This document shows positions 18,909-28,658 of a stretch of DNA of 64,000 bases, one piece after another (the first letter of the stretch is position 1; each line of letters starts with the position of its first letter). The notes below the pieces were generated by a model. That model saw nothing but the letters and a program-made list of their open reading frames with translations, had not been told where the DNA came from and ran no database searches. The stretch spans positions 45,741 to 109,740 of the forward strand of contig JAFXZI010000014.1 in the NCBI GenBank assembly GCA_017541325.1, read 5' to 3'. The stretch comes from Bacilli bacterium (lineage in GTDB: Bacteria; Bacillota_I; Bacilli_A; RF39; UBA660). The position numbers were made by a program, and so were the translations under genes.

Positions 18909-20099
18909 TTACTTTAAATTTTTAACCCCTTTAGTACCTTTAGCACCTTTTAATCCACTAAATCCACTTAAAATATTAGTATCAAATGAATTTATTTTAC
19001 CAGTTTTCTTTTTATAATCTTTAACACCTATGTTAATTAATTCATCAAGAAGTTCAGTATAATTCTTTCCAGCTGGTTCCCATAAATAGAAAGCTAAACT
19101 TCCAGGAATTGTATTAACTTCATTAATATATACTTTTTTCTTTTTATTATCGATTAAGAAATCTATTCTTACATCTCCACTTAGGTTAAGAGCTTTGCTT
19201 GCTTTAACAGCAATGTCTCTAACTTCACTAGATAATTTTTCTGATATATCAGCAGGAATCTTACGAGTAGCAGAAAGCATTCCTTTACTTCCACTACCTT
19301 TCTTTCCACCAACATATTTATCTTCATAAGTAAGAAGTTCATTACCAGTTAATACTCTTTCAATTACACTAGTATCATATCCATCAGGATTTCCTACAAC
19401 ACTAATATTAACTTCGCAAAGATTTTTAATTACTTCTTCTACAACAATCTTACTATCATATGTAATAGCTTCTTCTACTGCTTTTTGTAATTCTTCACGA
19501 TTACTTGCAATATTTATACCTACAGAACTACCTAAAGTAGCTGGTTTAACTATTACTGGATATTTTATTTGTTCTATCATCTTTAAAACCTTTTCAGGAT
19601 TATCTTCATATTCAGAATCAAAGAACCATACATATTCAGGAATTGGTAATCCTTCACTACCCCAAATTTGTTTTTGGAATACTTTATCTTGTCCAATAGC
19701 AGCTCCTGCAATGTCACTTCCTACATATGGAATACCAATTGTTTTTAAATATCCTTGTAAAACTCCATCTTCAACATTAGTACCATGAACAATTGGAAAA
19801 GCAATATCTATTTCTTTAACTACTTTTCTAAATCCTTTCTTACTTTGAAGAACAAATGAACCATACTTATTACGATATAGTACTACATTTTTACCATACT
19901 TTCTAAGTAGACTCATATCTTGGAATGTTTCTATTTCATTTAAGAAGCTTCCTGTATACCATTCTCCATTTTTATCTATATAAATAGGTACTATTTCATA
20001 TTTCTCAGCATCCATTTTATTCATAGCTTGAATAGCTGAAATAATACTTACTTCGTGTTCAACACTTTCTCCACCAAATATAACTCCTACTTTTATCAT
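18909..20099 (-). CDS. ddl: D-alanine--D-alanine ligase, with a ~35-aa Gly/Lys-rich C-terminal tail
   Basis: 396 aa. N-terminus MIKVGVIFGGESVEHEVSIISA, plus ATP-grasp blocks (..PVIVKPATLGSSVGI.., ..EVNTIPGS..). The tail ..SGFSGLKGAKGTKGVKNLK is beyond the normal Ddl end. Confidence 0.9.
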   Translation of the reverse strand: MIKVGVIFGGESVEHEVSIISAIQAMNKMDAEKYEIVPIYIDKNGEWYTGSFLNEIETFQDMSLLRKYGKNVVLYRNKYGSFVLQSKKGFRKVVKEIDIAFPIVHGTNVEDGVLQGYLKTIGIPYVGSDIAGAAIGQDKVFQKQIWGSEGLPIPEYVWFFDSEYEDNPEKVLKMIEQIKYPVIVKPATLGSSVGINIASNREELQKAVEEAITYDSKIVVEEVIKNLCEVNISVVGNPDGYDTSVIERVLTGNELLTYEDKYVGGKKGSGSKGMLSATRKIPADISEKLSSEVRDIAVKASKALNLSGDVRIDFLIDNKKKKVYINEVNTIPGSLAFYLWEPAGKNYTELLDELINIGVKDYKKKTGKINSFDTNILSGFSGLKGAKGTKGVKNLK

Positions 20100-20111
20100 A
20101 AAAAATCCTCC

Positions 20112-21752
20112 TTATTTTTCGTTATATGTATCAGGTAAATCATTTTCAAATAATGCATATATTTTTTTCTTAGTTTTCATACTATTAAGTATCATATAAG
20201 CTTTAGTAACATCATTTATTATTTCAATATCTGATTCTTTAAAACCTTTTTCTTTTAATCCTTCAAGTATAGGTTTTGTTTGTTTTTCTCCAACTAGTAT
20301 TACATGATCTGCAACTTCTGCTATATCCTTACCAAATTCTTTATTATAGTATTCTTCTTTATCTCCTAATTCTATCATTCCAGGAGTAACAACTACTTTA
20401 TATCCATCCATCATATTAAGGACTTCTAAAGCTCTTTTTGATCCTTCTGGATTAGAATTATATGCATCATCTATAAATACAAATTTTGGAAAATTCTTCA
20501 TACTTAAACGATGTTCAATTGGTTTTAATCTACCAACTGCTCTTTGTAAATGTTCTACATTGATTCCAAGTTCATAACCTAATGCTAAACAAGAAATAAT
20601 ATTATAAACATTATGCTTTCCAAGAAGTCTTGTTTTAAACTCATATTTCTTTTTATCACCTTTAAATTCTACTGTAAATGTTGTTCCTTCATGATTAACT
20701 TTAATCTTACTAGCACGTACATCAACATCATCTTTAGTATCTATTCCTACCCAAAGTAGTTTACAATGATTTTTATTTTTAAATTTATAATTCTTTTGTT
20801 TTTCATCATCTCTATTTAAAACTCCAACTCCATCTTCTGGTAGATATTCAATTAATTCCATCTTTCCTGATTGAATATTTTCTTCACTACCAAATGTTTC
20901 TAAATGAGCTGTACCAATCTTTGTAATTATTCCATATTTAGGATTTACTAGTTTACATAGTCCATTTATTTCACCTTTAACATAAGCACCCATTTCTGCA
21001 ATAAATACTTCATCAAATTTAGATAATGAATTATTTACTGTTATCATAAGTCCATTAAAAGTATTTAGACTTTTTGGAGTAGCTAGTACATTATATTTTT
21101 CACTTAAAATCTCATTTAAAAAGTTCTTAGTACTAGTTTTTCCATAACTTCCAGTTATTCCAACTACTTTTAAATTTTCCATACTAGCTAGTTTTCTTTT
21201 AGCTTTTTTTTCAAAATGTCTATATACAAAATACTCTATTGGTTTATTAATTAAATAAGCAATATATACTACATAATAATTTAGTACTGACATAACAGAT
21301 AATAATATTATAGAATCACATAAACGTGGAAAATCTATTTTAGTATCTACTAAGATAAATTGTACTGTAATACCTAAAGCACAAACAATAAGATGTAATA
21401 ATATTAAAGTAGCTATAAGTCTTTTAATTCTTGCAGTATATACTAATGGTTTCTTATTTTTTTCCTTCTTTTTCTTTTTTTCTTTTAATAGACAATATCC
21501 ATATAAAATAATAATTAAAGCAAGGAAATAGTAAGAAATTAAAGTATCAACACATAAAGCAAATAAAGAAACGAAGATGATTCCATATATATCTATGTTG
21601 GTAAACATTTCTTTTTTATTCTTCCATACCCATTTTAAGTATCTATTGTTCTCATTATATAGATTTTGCTGAAGCATATGTAATGCCCTTCTAGTTTTTA
21701 ACATTGAATAGATAAAAACTATTGCCATTGTCACATAAATTCTAATTAACAT
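20112..21752 (-). CDS. murF: MurF-like Mur ligase (UDP-MurNAc-tripeptide--D-Ala-D-Ala ligase family) with an N-terminal ~185-aa polytopic membrane domain
   Basis: 546 aa. Residues ~195-546 carry the Mur ligase P-loop VVGITGSYGKTSTKNFL and the MurF-like C-terminal DDAYNSNPEGSKRALEVL block. Residues 1-185 form about five hydrophobic helices with K-rich loops and no stop codon in between. Confidence 0.8.
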   Translation of the reverse strand: MLIRIYVTMAIVFIYSMLKTRRALHMLQQNLYNENNRYLKWVWKNKKEMFTNIDIYGIIFVSLFALCVDTLISYYFLALIIILYGYCLLKEKKKKKEKNKKPLVYTARIKRLIATLILLHLIVCALGITVQFILVDTKIDFPRLCDSIILLSVMSVLNYYVVYIAYLINKPIEYFVYRHFEKKAKRKLASMENLKVVGITGSYGKTSTKNFLNEILSEKYNVLATPKSLNTFNGLMITVNNSLSKFDEVFIAEMGAYVKGEINGLCKLVNPKYGIITKIGTAHLETFGSEENIQSGKMELIEYLPEDGVGVLNRDDEKQKNYKFKNKNHCKLLWVGIDTKDDVDVRASKIKVNHEGTTFTVEFKGDKKKYEFKTRLLGKHNVYNIISCLALGYELGINVEHLQRAVGRLKPIEHRLSMKNFPKFVFIDDAYNSNPEGSKRALEVLNMMDGYKVVVTPGMIELGDKEEYYNKEFGKDIAEVADHVILVGEKQTKPILEGLKEKGFKESDIEIINDVTKAYMILNSMKTKKKIYALFENDLPDTYNEK

Positions 21753-21761
21753 AAGTACCTC

Positions 21762-22490
21762 CTATACAAATTCATTAATTATATTAGTAACTTGATTTAA
21801 GTTTTCTAAATAAGCATAATGTGTTGAGTTAGGTAGAATTATTAAAGCAGCATCTTTAAATAATTTTTCTGTTTCTTTAGCTTCTTCTATACTAACTTCA
21901 GTATCATTATCTCCCCAAATTAAAAGTGTTGATGCAGAGACCTTTTTAGCACAATCTGATAAGTCTTCATTAACTGTCTTAACAAGAATATCTCTCATCA
22001 TTGGACTTGCAGCTTTATAATCTCTACTTCCAATATGACGTTTTGCAAATCCTTCTAATTTATTTAATCCTGGAACCTTTTTAAGTTTCTTTAAGATTCT
22101 AACTTTTAAACTAAGTTTCTTTTCTTTACGAATACAAGGACTTCCAAAAAGAATTAATTTATCTACATCATTACGTGATGCATAAACTATACTAATCCTT
22201 CCTCCAAATGAATGACCTATCATCGTAGGATTTTTTACTTTTAACTCGTTTAATAATTTTTCTACAACCTCATTGTAATCATAAATATTCATTACTTCTT
22301 TAGGTTCATCAGATCCTCCAAATCCAGGAAGATCAATTATTATTATGTGATATTTATCTTGTAGTCTATCAGCAAGAGGTCTCATCATTTCTATATTTTG
22401 TCCCCAACCATGTAAGAATACTAATGTCTTACCTTTTTTATTACCATATTCTTTATAATTTATGTCTATATCATTAATATTAAGTTTCAT
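21762..22490 (-). CDS. alpha/beta-fold hydrolase
   Basis: Motifs LVFLHGWGQN and the nucleophile elbow IGHSFGG. I place the start at MKLNIN (GGGTG RBS 5 nt upstream) rather than the track start at 22535, which lies inside the upstream terminator. Confidence 0.75.
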   Translation of the reverse strand: MKLNINDIDINYKEYGNKKGKTLVFLHGWGQNIEMMRPLADRLQDKYHIIIIDLPGFGGSDEPKEVMNIYDYNEVVEKLLNELKVKNPTMIGHSFGGRISIVYASRNDVDKLILFGSPCIRKEKKLSLKVRILKKLKKVPGLNKLEGFAKRHIGSRDYKAASPMMRDILVKTVNEDLSDCAKKVSASTLLIWGDNDTEVSIEEAKETEKLFKDAALIILPNSTHYAYLENLNQVTNIINEFV

Positions 22491-22511
22491 ATTTACACCC
22501 AATATAATTAT

Positions 22512-22543
22512 AAACAAAAAAAGGTTTAAATACAAACCTTTTG
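22512..22543 (-). terminator. rho-independent terminator after yqeG-yqeH
   Basis: aaaaggttt(aaatacaa)aaacctttt hairpin immediately below the yqeH stop. Confidence 0.5.
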
Positions 22544-22550
22544 ACTAAAT

Positions 22551-23552
22551 TTAGATTAAAGAATCTCTTATAAATTCTGAAACATTTAAATCTATATATA
22601 AATCTATTTTTGCTTTAGATACTATTTTAATAAAACCAAGTCCTGGAATTACTAAATCTTCTCTATAATTTATATCCAAAGTTTTCTTAGATAAATCCTT
22701 TAATAAAGTAGATTTATACATATTATATCTTTTTACTTTAATATCATTAGATAAATATAAAGTAAAACTATTTTTAGCACCTTCTACATAATCTATTCTA
22801 AGAAGGTCTCCTATTACAAGACATTGACCAACTTTAATTTGATATGTTTTAGGTTTAATCTCTTTCTTAGGATTAATTTTCTTAAGTAAAGAATTATCTA
22901 CATAATTAATAATATTACCTCTATCAACAAGTCCTGGGGTATCTATTAAAATTAAATCATCACTCATCTTTATACTTATTTTATTTAAAGTAGTAGATGG
23001 CATTGGAGATATAGTTAATTCTCCTTCATATTCAGAATAATTCTTCATAAGTTTATTAATTAAACTACTCTTACCAACATTAGTATTACCTACTACATAT
23101 ACATTTTTACTAGTTTTATATTTCTTTATCATAGATAATAATTCATCTATATTATAATTTTTCAAAGTACTAATAATAATTATATCTTCAAAATCTAAAT
23201 CTAAATTTTTTAAATAAGAAATAATTTTTTCATCTTTAATACTTTTAGGAAGAACATCTCTTTTATTAAGTACCAATATCATTTTATTATTAATATATTT
23301 TCTTATTTCTTTTAAATCTTTTCCTATATTTAAAATATCAACTATATATAAAACTAAATCTTTAGTATTATTAACATCTTCTAATATTTTAATATATTCA
23401 TCATTTGATTTAGTAACGATTTGATATTCACCATAGTTCTTCATGCGGAAGCATCTATTACATATATCATTTTCTAGATTTGAAGTATATCCTTCTAAAG
23501 TAACATTTTCATCTTGTAATTCTACTCCACATCCTAAACATTTCTTACTCAT
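22551..23552 (-). CDS. yqeH: ribosome-biogenesis GTPase YqeH
   Basis: 333 aa. N-terminal Zn-ribbon C-x2-C...C-x2-C (CLGCGVELQ...CNRCFRMKNYGE), circularly permuted GTPase motifs (VVGNTNVGKSSLINKL, DTPG). Confidence 0.9.
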   Translation of the reverse strand: MSKKCLGCGVELQDENVTLEGYTSNLENDICNRCFRMKNYGEYQIVTKSNDEYIKILEDVNNTKDLVLYIVDILNIGKDLKEIRKYINNKMILVLNKRDVLPKSIKDEKIISYLKNLDLDFEDIIIISTLKNYNIDELLSMIKKYKTSKNVYVVGNTNVGKSSLINKLMKNYSEYEGELTISPMPSTTLNKISIKMSDDLILIDTPGLVDRGNIINYVDNSLLKKINPKKEIKPKTYQIKVGQCLVIGDLLRIDYVEGAKNSFTLYLSNDIKVKRYNMYKSTLLKDLSKKTLDINYREDLVIPGLGFIKIVSKAKIDLYIDLNVSEFIRDSLI

Positions 23553-24063
23553 AGTATTTTCCTCTTTCTAAGATTCCTTTCTTTGATAGATGATTAATTA
23601 TTCTATTTTCAATAAAACGATTAACAAAAGTAACTTTTAAATCCTTCTTACCTAAAGGATCTACTAAAATAGTAAAGCACTTATATCTATTACCTCCAAA
23701 GATATCTGTCATTAATTGATCTCCAATAACACACATTTCAGATTTTTTATAATTTCTTTTTCTTTTAATTTGACGGAAACCTTTAGATAATGGTTTTAAG
23801 GCAAAAGATACAAACTCTGCATTAAATGGCTTACAGAATTTTTCAATTCTATCACGATTATTATTAGATACGATATATATATCAAAATCTTTAGATAACT
23901 TACCTATAAAATCTAATACTTTTTTAGGTGGTAAGCCTTCTGATATAAGAGCCAAAGTGTTATCTAAATCAAATAGAAGTGCTCTAATTCCTTCATTTCT
24001 TAATTTTTTATAATCGATATCATATATAGATTTGTAATACCTATTAGGAATAAATACTTTCAT
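23545..24063 (-). CDS. yqeG: YqeG-family HAD phosphatase
   Basis: 172 aa. HAD motif I LLFDLDNTLA, motif IV VIGDQLMTDIFGGN. Overlaps yqeH by 8 nt, the same gene order as in Bacillus. Confidence 0.85.
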   Translation of the reverse strand: MKVFIPNRYYKSIYDIDYKKLRNEGIRALLFDLDNTLALISEGLPPKKVLDFIGKLSKDFDIYIVSNNNRDRIEKFCKPFNAEFVSFALKPLSKGFRQIKRKRNYKKSEMCVIGDQLMTDIFGGNRYKCFTILVDPLGKKDLKVTFVNRFIENRIINHLSKKGILERGKYYE

Positions 24064-24127
24064 AAAGTCCTCCCTTTAGCAAAAAAATGATAAATAGATA
24101 AAATCTAAGTATCATTTTTTCTATTTA

Positions 24128-25699
24128 TTATAAATTAAGTTCTTTAGTTGTCAACTCTTTAGTTGCTTCAAGTTCAGGATCAGGATCTGGTTCTACTGGC
24201 GGTTCACCATTTCTTCTTCTTTCCCTTCTTGGCTCTACGATTAATTGTTTTTCTTCTTTTTTCTTTTCTACTTTTTCTTCTATTATTTTATCTTCTTTAG
24301 GATTCTTTTCTTCTTTTTTTCTTTTTATCCATAATACAAGTATTACTATTAAAATAGCAAATATTAAGAATAATTCTAATAATAAGAAGAAACTAACTCT
24401 TTTATCTTTTTCAATAACGATTGTATATTTACTAGACTCTCCATCAATTCCTGTAATAGTTATCTCTATTTCATCCCCAACTTTTAAGTCTTTTATTAAT
24501 TCTTTATTATTATTAATATCAGGATTCATAGTAACTGTTACTTCATCTTCCGGACTTACTGTTGTGTAATAAATTTTTAAATCTTCAAATTTCAATCTAT
24601 TATAATTTATCTTATATTGATAATTATTTTTATCAAAACTTATATCATATCCTTTTATAGATAATGATTTTAACATCTTACTAATACTTTTATCTAGATT
24701 GTTAACTATTACTGTATATGTAGCTTTTTCTCCTTTTTCAGAAGTAACTATAATTTTAAATTCATTATCTCCAACAAGTAATTTTTGTGGACCAGTAACT
24801 TCTGCTTTAGCATTAGGATCATTTGTTATCGCTTCTATTTTAACAGTCTCTGCTTTATATTTCTTAATAGTATATTTATATTTATTGGATTTAAATTCTT
24901 CAAGAGCAGTACCATCTATTGTAATTCCTGATAAAGTTGCATCAGTACTTCTTGTATCTTCTCTAGTAATATTAAGAGTATATATTTGTTCAGTACCACT
25001 TTCAGATACAACATTTAATTTAATTGTATTATTTCCATATTCCAAATTAACTGTTCTAGGTCCTAAACCATTTTTAAATGATGCTTTAGAAGATGTAGTT
25101 GTTGCTTCTATCTTAGCATTTGCAATATCACCTGTAACACTAACATCATAAGTTAAATTTTCAGAATGAAATTTTTCTACACTCACACCATTTATTTTAA
25201 TACCAGATAAACTAGCATCACTTGATTTGATGCTGATGGTTTTAGTGATTTTAGTACCCAGTTGTGTCACATCTCCAGCAGCATTTGTTATTTGTGTTGT
25301 ATTAAATGTTAGATTTGCACTATTTGCAGTTGGTTTTGATGTTACTTTGAAAACTAGCCTTCCAACTTCATTAGAGCAATTACCGGTTTTACAATTAAAT
25401 ACTACATCTTTACCAGAAATCCCGGGTTCTGATTGATTTTCCCAATTCCCAGATTGTTTAATAGCTTTAAAAGTAAACACCTTAGAATCATAACTAATTT
25501 GGGTAGTAAATGTAGTACCAGTCGTTGCTTGTATCCCATTAACATAAATTATATATTCAAATTCTTCAGATGGAGATACTGCAGTCGGACCAGTTATATT
25601 AACTTGAGGTTGACTTTGTGCATAAGCAAAAATAGGCATAAAAAATGCTAATATGCTTACTAGAATCCCCTTTACTTTCATCTTTTTTATTCTATTCAT
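24128..25699 (-). CDS. membrane-anchored cell-surface protein with three cadherin-like beta-sandwich repeats
   Basis: 523 aa. Signal peptide (MNRIKKMKVKGILVSILAFFMPIFAYAQ). Three repeats of the S-L-S-x-I-x-I-x-G-x-x-[LI]-x-x-F...Y-x-Y pattern (SDASLSGIKINGVSVEKF, TDATLSGITIDGTALEEF, LKSLSIKGYDISFDKNNYQY). C-terminal TM helix plus K/E/R/P-rich cytoplasmic tail. Confidence 0.65.
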   Translation of the reverse strand: MNRIKKMKVKGILVSILAFFMPIFAYAQSQPQVNITGPTAVSPSEEFEYIIYVNGIQATTGTTFTTQISYDSKVFTFKAIKQSGNWENQSEPGISGKDVVFNCKTGNCSNEVGRLVFKVTSKPTANSANLTFNTTQITNAAGDVTQLGTKITKTISIKSSDASLSGIKINGVSVEKFHSENLTYDVSVTGDIANAKIEATTTSSKASFKNGLGPRTVNLEYGNNTIKLNVVSESGTEQIYTLNITREDTRSTDATLSGITIDGTALEEFKSNKYKYTIKKYKAETVKIEAITNDPNAKAEVTGPQKLLVGDNEFKIIVTSEKGEKATYTVIVNNLDKSISKMLKSLSIKGYDISFDKNNYQYKINYNRLKFEDLKIYYTTVSPEDEVTVTMNPDINNNKELIKDLKVGDEIEITITGIDGESSKYTIVIEKDKRVSFFLLLELFLIFAILIVILVLWIKRKKEEKNPKEDKIIEEKVEKKKEEKQLIVEPRRERRRNGEPPVEPDPDPELEATKELTTKELNL

Positions 25700-25787
25700 A
25701 AATATAACTCCTTCGTTATAAGAAACTTCTTATTATTAATAATATTATATGATTATTTTTCTTATTTGTCTATAAAACAGATGTTCT

Positions 25788-26636
25788 TTATTTTAAGTAT
25801 TTTTTGATATCTTTTAATCTAGACTTTGTATCACTTACTCCTAAGTCATATTGTTCTTGCATAATATTAGGATCTTTTTCTACTCTACTAATTTTAACAA
25901 GTCTTGTAGGTTTAATTACTAATATACGTCCTTCATCTTCTAATCTATTCATTTCCATTAAAGTATTATTATACATTTTATCTCGATTAATAAACGCTTC
26001 AGCAAACTTAGGATATTTTCTATACATTACTTTAGCATAAGGTCTTCTTTTATGTTTCATACGATAACTATCAACTCTAGTAGTTACTACTATTACTTTT
26101 TCATATCCCATTTCAATTGCTTTTAAAACAGGAATAGAATCTCCTATTGCACCATCTAAATATAAATCATTTCCTATTTTAACTGGTTTTGATAAGCATG
26201 GCATAGATCCACTTGCACGTAGTTTTTCCATATCTTCTTCTTTTCTCATATCTTTTACTAATTTATATTCAGCTTTACCAGTCTTTAAATTTGTTACTAC
26301 AGCATAAAAGTCTACTTTAGAATTTTTAAAAGTATCATAATCAAAAGGATCAAGTTCATTTACTAAAGTATCAAAACAAAATTCTTTATTCATTATATTT
26401 CCTGTTGTAATAAGAGAATGAAATCCCATATATCTCTTATCAGCTCCATATTTTTGATTATAACGAAGTGCTCTTCCTTTTTGTTTTGAACAATAATTAA
26501 CTCCAAATAAAGCTCCAGCAGATACTCCAATAATACAATCAACCTTGATATTTTCTTCCATTAAAACATCTAGTACTCCTGCACTATATATACCTCTTAA
26601 TCCTCCACCTTCTAATACTAAAGCAGTCTTTTTCAT
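25788..26636 (-). CDS. patatin-like phospholipase
   Basis: 282 aa. Oxyanion GGGLRG, nucleophile GVSAGA, catalytic DGA (LDGAIGD). Confidence 0.85.
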   Translation of the reverse strand: MKKTALVLEGGGLRGIYSAGVLDVLMEENIKVDCIIGVSAGALFGVNYCSKQKGRALRYNQKYGADKRYMGFHSLITTGNIMNKEFCFDTLVNELDPFDYDTFKNSKVDFYAVVTNLKTGKAEYKLVKDMRKEEDMEKLRASGSMPCLSKPVKIGNDLYLDGAIGDSIPVLKAIEMGYEKVIVVTTRVDSYRMKHKRRPYAKVMYRKYPKFAEAFINRDKMYNNTLMEMNRLEDEGRILVIKPTRLVKISRVEKDPNIMQEQYDLGVSDTKSRLKDIKKYLK

Positions 26637-26659
26637 AACATCACCTATTTCATTATAAC

Positions 26660-26690
26660 AAAAAAGACAACTTATTTTAAGTTGTCTTTA
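26660..26690 (-). terminator. rho-independent terminator at the proS stop
   Basis: aaagacaactt(atttta)agttgtcttt hairpin; the stop codon lies in the loop; flanking A/T runs. Confidence 0.5.
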
Positions 26691-28369
26691 ATATATTCTT
26701 TGATTTTATTAGTTATATCTGATAGTTGTATATCTTCTGCTTCAGCTTCACTTCTTAATTTAAATTCTACTAAATTATCAGATATCTTTTTACCAACTGT
26801 TACTCTAATTGGTATTCCTACTAAGTCCATATCTTTAAATTTAACTCCAGGACGTTCTTCTCTATCATCATAAATAACTTCAATACCAGCATTTGTTAAT
26901 TCTTCATAGATAGATTCTGCTACTTCTGTTTGTTCTTTATTATTCATATCAATTTGTACTAATGCTACTTGATATGGTGCAATATTAATAGGTAGAATCA
27001 TACCATGTTCATCATTATTTTGTTCAACAATTGATGCAAGTATTCTTCCTGGTCCTATTCCATAAGAACCCATTAATGGATATTGCTCTTTATTATTTTC
27101 ATCTAAGTAAGTAATACCTAAATCACGACAATAGTGATCTCCTAATTTAAATAAATTACCTATTTCAATTCCGTGTTTAAAGTATAATTTTCCTCCACAT
27201 TTAGGACAAACATCTCCTTCAACAACATTTGAAATATCAGCAGCAAGATCATAATTAATATCTTTAACATTTGCATTTATATAGTGATAATCTTCTTTAT
27301 TAGCACCACAACAGAAATTCTTCATTTTTAATACTTCATTATCAACTACTATCTTACATCCACTTAAATTAATTGGACCAGTAAATCCAGGATAAGCATT
27401 AGATTCAGCTATTTGTTCATCATTAGCAAAACCTATTTCTTTTCCACCAACTGCTTTTAAAGCTTTTTCTTCATTTAATTCTCTATCTCCTCTAATAAAG
27501 AAAATAGTTAGTTTACCATCAACATGCATAAGTAATGCTTTTACAGTATGTTTAATATCAAGTTTTAAATAGTTACATACGTCTTCAATAGTATGAGCAT
27601 TTGGAGTATTTACTTCTTCAAGAGTCTTTTCTTCTTCCTCTTCTTCTTCTATTTTAAAATTAGCAACTTCCATATTTGATGCATAATCACATTTATCACA
27701 TAAAACAAGAATATCTTCACCAATATCAGTTAATGCTTGATACTCTTCAGATAAAGTACCACCCATTGCACCAACAGATGCTCTAACTATTTTATAATCA
27801 ATACCCATTCTATTAAAAATATTACAATAAGCATCATACATCTTTTTATAAGAAGAATCTTGCATCTTTTCATCTCTATCAAATGTATAAGCATCTTTCA
27901 TAATAAATTCTTTTACTCTAACTAATCCATAACGAGGACGCATTTCATCTCTAAATTTATCAGCTTGTTGATAAATATTAAAAGGTAAATTCTTATAACT
28001 TTTTAAATACATAGAAGCAGCAATTGCAAATAATTCTTCATGAGTTGGACCTAAAACCATATGAGCGTTTTTTCTATCTCTTAAATTAAACATATTATCT
28101 CCAAATGCTTCTACACGACCACATTTTTCATAATACTCACTTGGTATTAAGGAAGGCATTAATAATTCTTGTGCTCCTGTTTTATCCATTTCTTCTTTAA
28201 TAATATTCTTAATTTTATCTAAAACTCTGTAACCTAAAGGTAGATACATATATATTCCTGCACCTACTTTTTTAATCATTCCACTACGTACTAAAAGATT
28301 TCCACTTTTACTTTCTTCGTCTTTAGCGTCTTCTCTTAAAGTATAAAAATAACTATTACTTATTCTCAT
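26672..28369 (-). CDS. proS: proline--tRNA ligase (bacterial type with editing INS domain)
   Basis: 565 aa. N-terminus MRISNSYFYTLREDAKDEESKSGNLLVRSGMIKKVGAGIYMYLPLGYRVL is hallmark ProRS. Class II motifs present. Confidence 0.95.
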   Translation of the reverse strand: MRISNSYFYTLREDAKDEESKSGNLLVRSGMIKKVGAGIYMYLPLGYRVLDKIKNIIKEEMDKTGAQELLMPSLIPSEYYEKCGRVEAFGDNMFNLRDRKNAHMVLGPTHEELFAIAASMYLKSYKNLPFNIYQQADKFRDEMRPRYGLVRVKEFIMKDAYTFDRDEKMQDSSYKKMYDAYCNIFNRMGIDYKIVRASVGAMGGTLSEEYQALTDIGEDILVLCDKCDYASNMEVANFKIEEEEEEEKTLEEVNTPNAHTIEDVCNYLKLDIKHTVKALLMHVDGKLTIFFIRGDRELNEEKALKAVGGKEIGFANDEQIAESNAYPGFTGPINLSGCKIVVDNEVLKMKNFCCGANKEDYHYINANVKDINYDLAADISNVVEGDVCPKCGGKLYFKHGIEIGNLFKLGDHYCRDLGITYLDENNKEQYPLMGSYGIGPGRILASIVEQNNDEHGMILPINIAPYQVALVQIDMNNKEQTEVAESIYEELTNAGIEVIYDDREERPGVKFKDMDLVGIPIRVTVGKKISDNLVEFKLRSEAEAEDIQLSDITNKIKEYIKDNLK

Positions 28370-28382
28370 AAATACCTCCTAT

Positions 28383-28615
28383 AAATAAAAAAGAATGATA
28401 CCTAAGGAGTGCATAAGCACGGTACCATCCTCTATTTAACTCAAATCTTTAACGGAACTATCCGGAAGCGATTAACTTCTCTTATGGGTAGGAATTAATT
28501 ACTATTAATATTTGGTTCGCACTATCCCAAACTCACTTAATTAAGGAAATAACTAATTATGTCCCATTCATCGATTTAACTACATGTAATATAAAACAAA
28601 TATTTAAATTTGTCA
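28383..28615 (-). promoter_or_regulatory. T-box riboswitch leader of proS
   Basis: The minus transcript contains GGAUGGUACCGUGC (revcomp of 28417-28430), a T-box-like sequence with 2 mismatches to AGGGUGGNACCGCG. It overlaps a hairpin followed by a U-run, then AGGAGG and the ATG. A 250-nt untranslated leader upstream of an aaRS gene. Confidence 0.7.
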
Positions 28616-28658
28616 ATTTTCTTTGTATAATAAAAAATATAAAGAAAAGGAGTTATTT

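Noticed and set aside
20112-21752. Possibility that the membrane N-terminus of the MurF-like protein is an artefact of AT-rich sequence
   Set aside because: 190 consecutive sense codons without a stop is very unlikely by chance at this AT content, and the hydrophobic segments are punctuated by Lys-rich loops typical of real TM topology. The anomaly is kept as a finding but flagged for checking.
25788-26636. Patatin-like phospholipase as a CBASS (CapV-type) effector
   Set aside because: No cyclase/NTase, E1/E2 or other CBASS gene adjacent. It sits between proS and a surface-protein gene with its own signals. The only NTase-like gene is 23 kb away.
28623-28658. Track start codon of the small plus-strand gene at 28623
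   Set aside because: That ATG lies inside the predicted -10 box (TATAAT 28626-28631). The ATG at 28659 has a proper AAAGGAG RBS.
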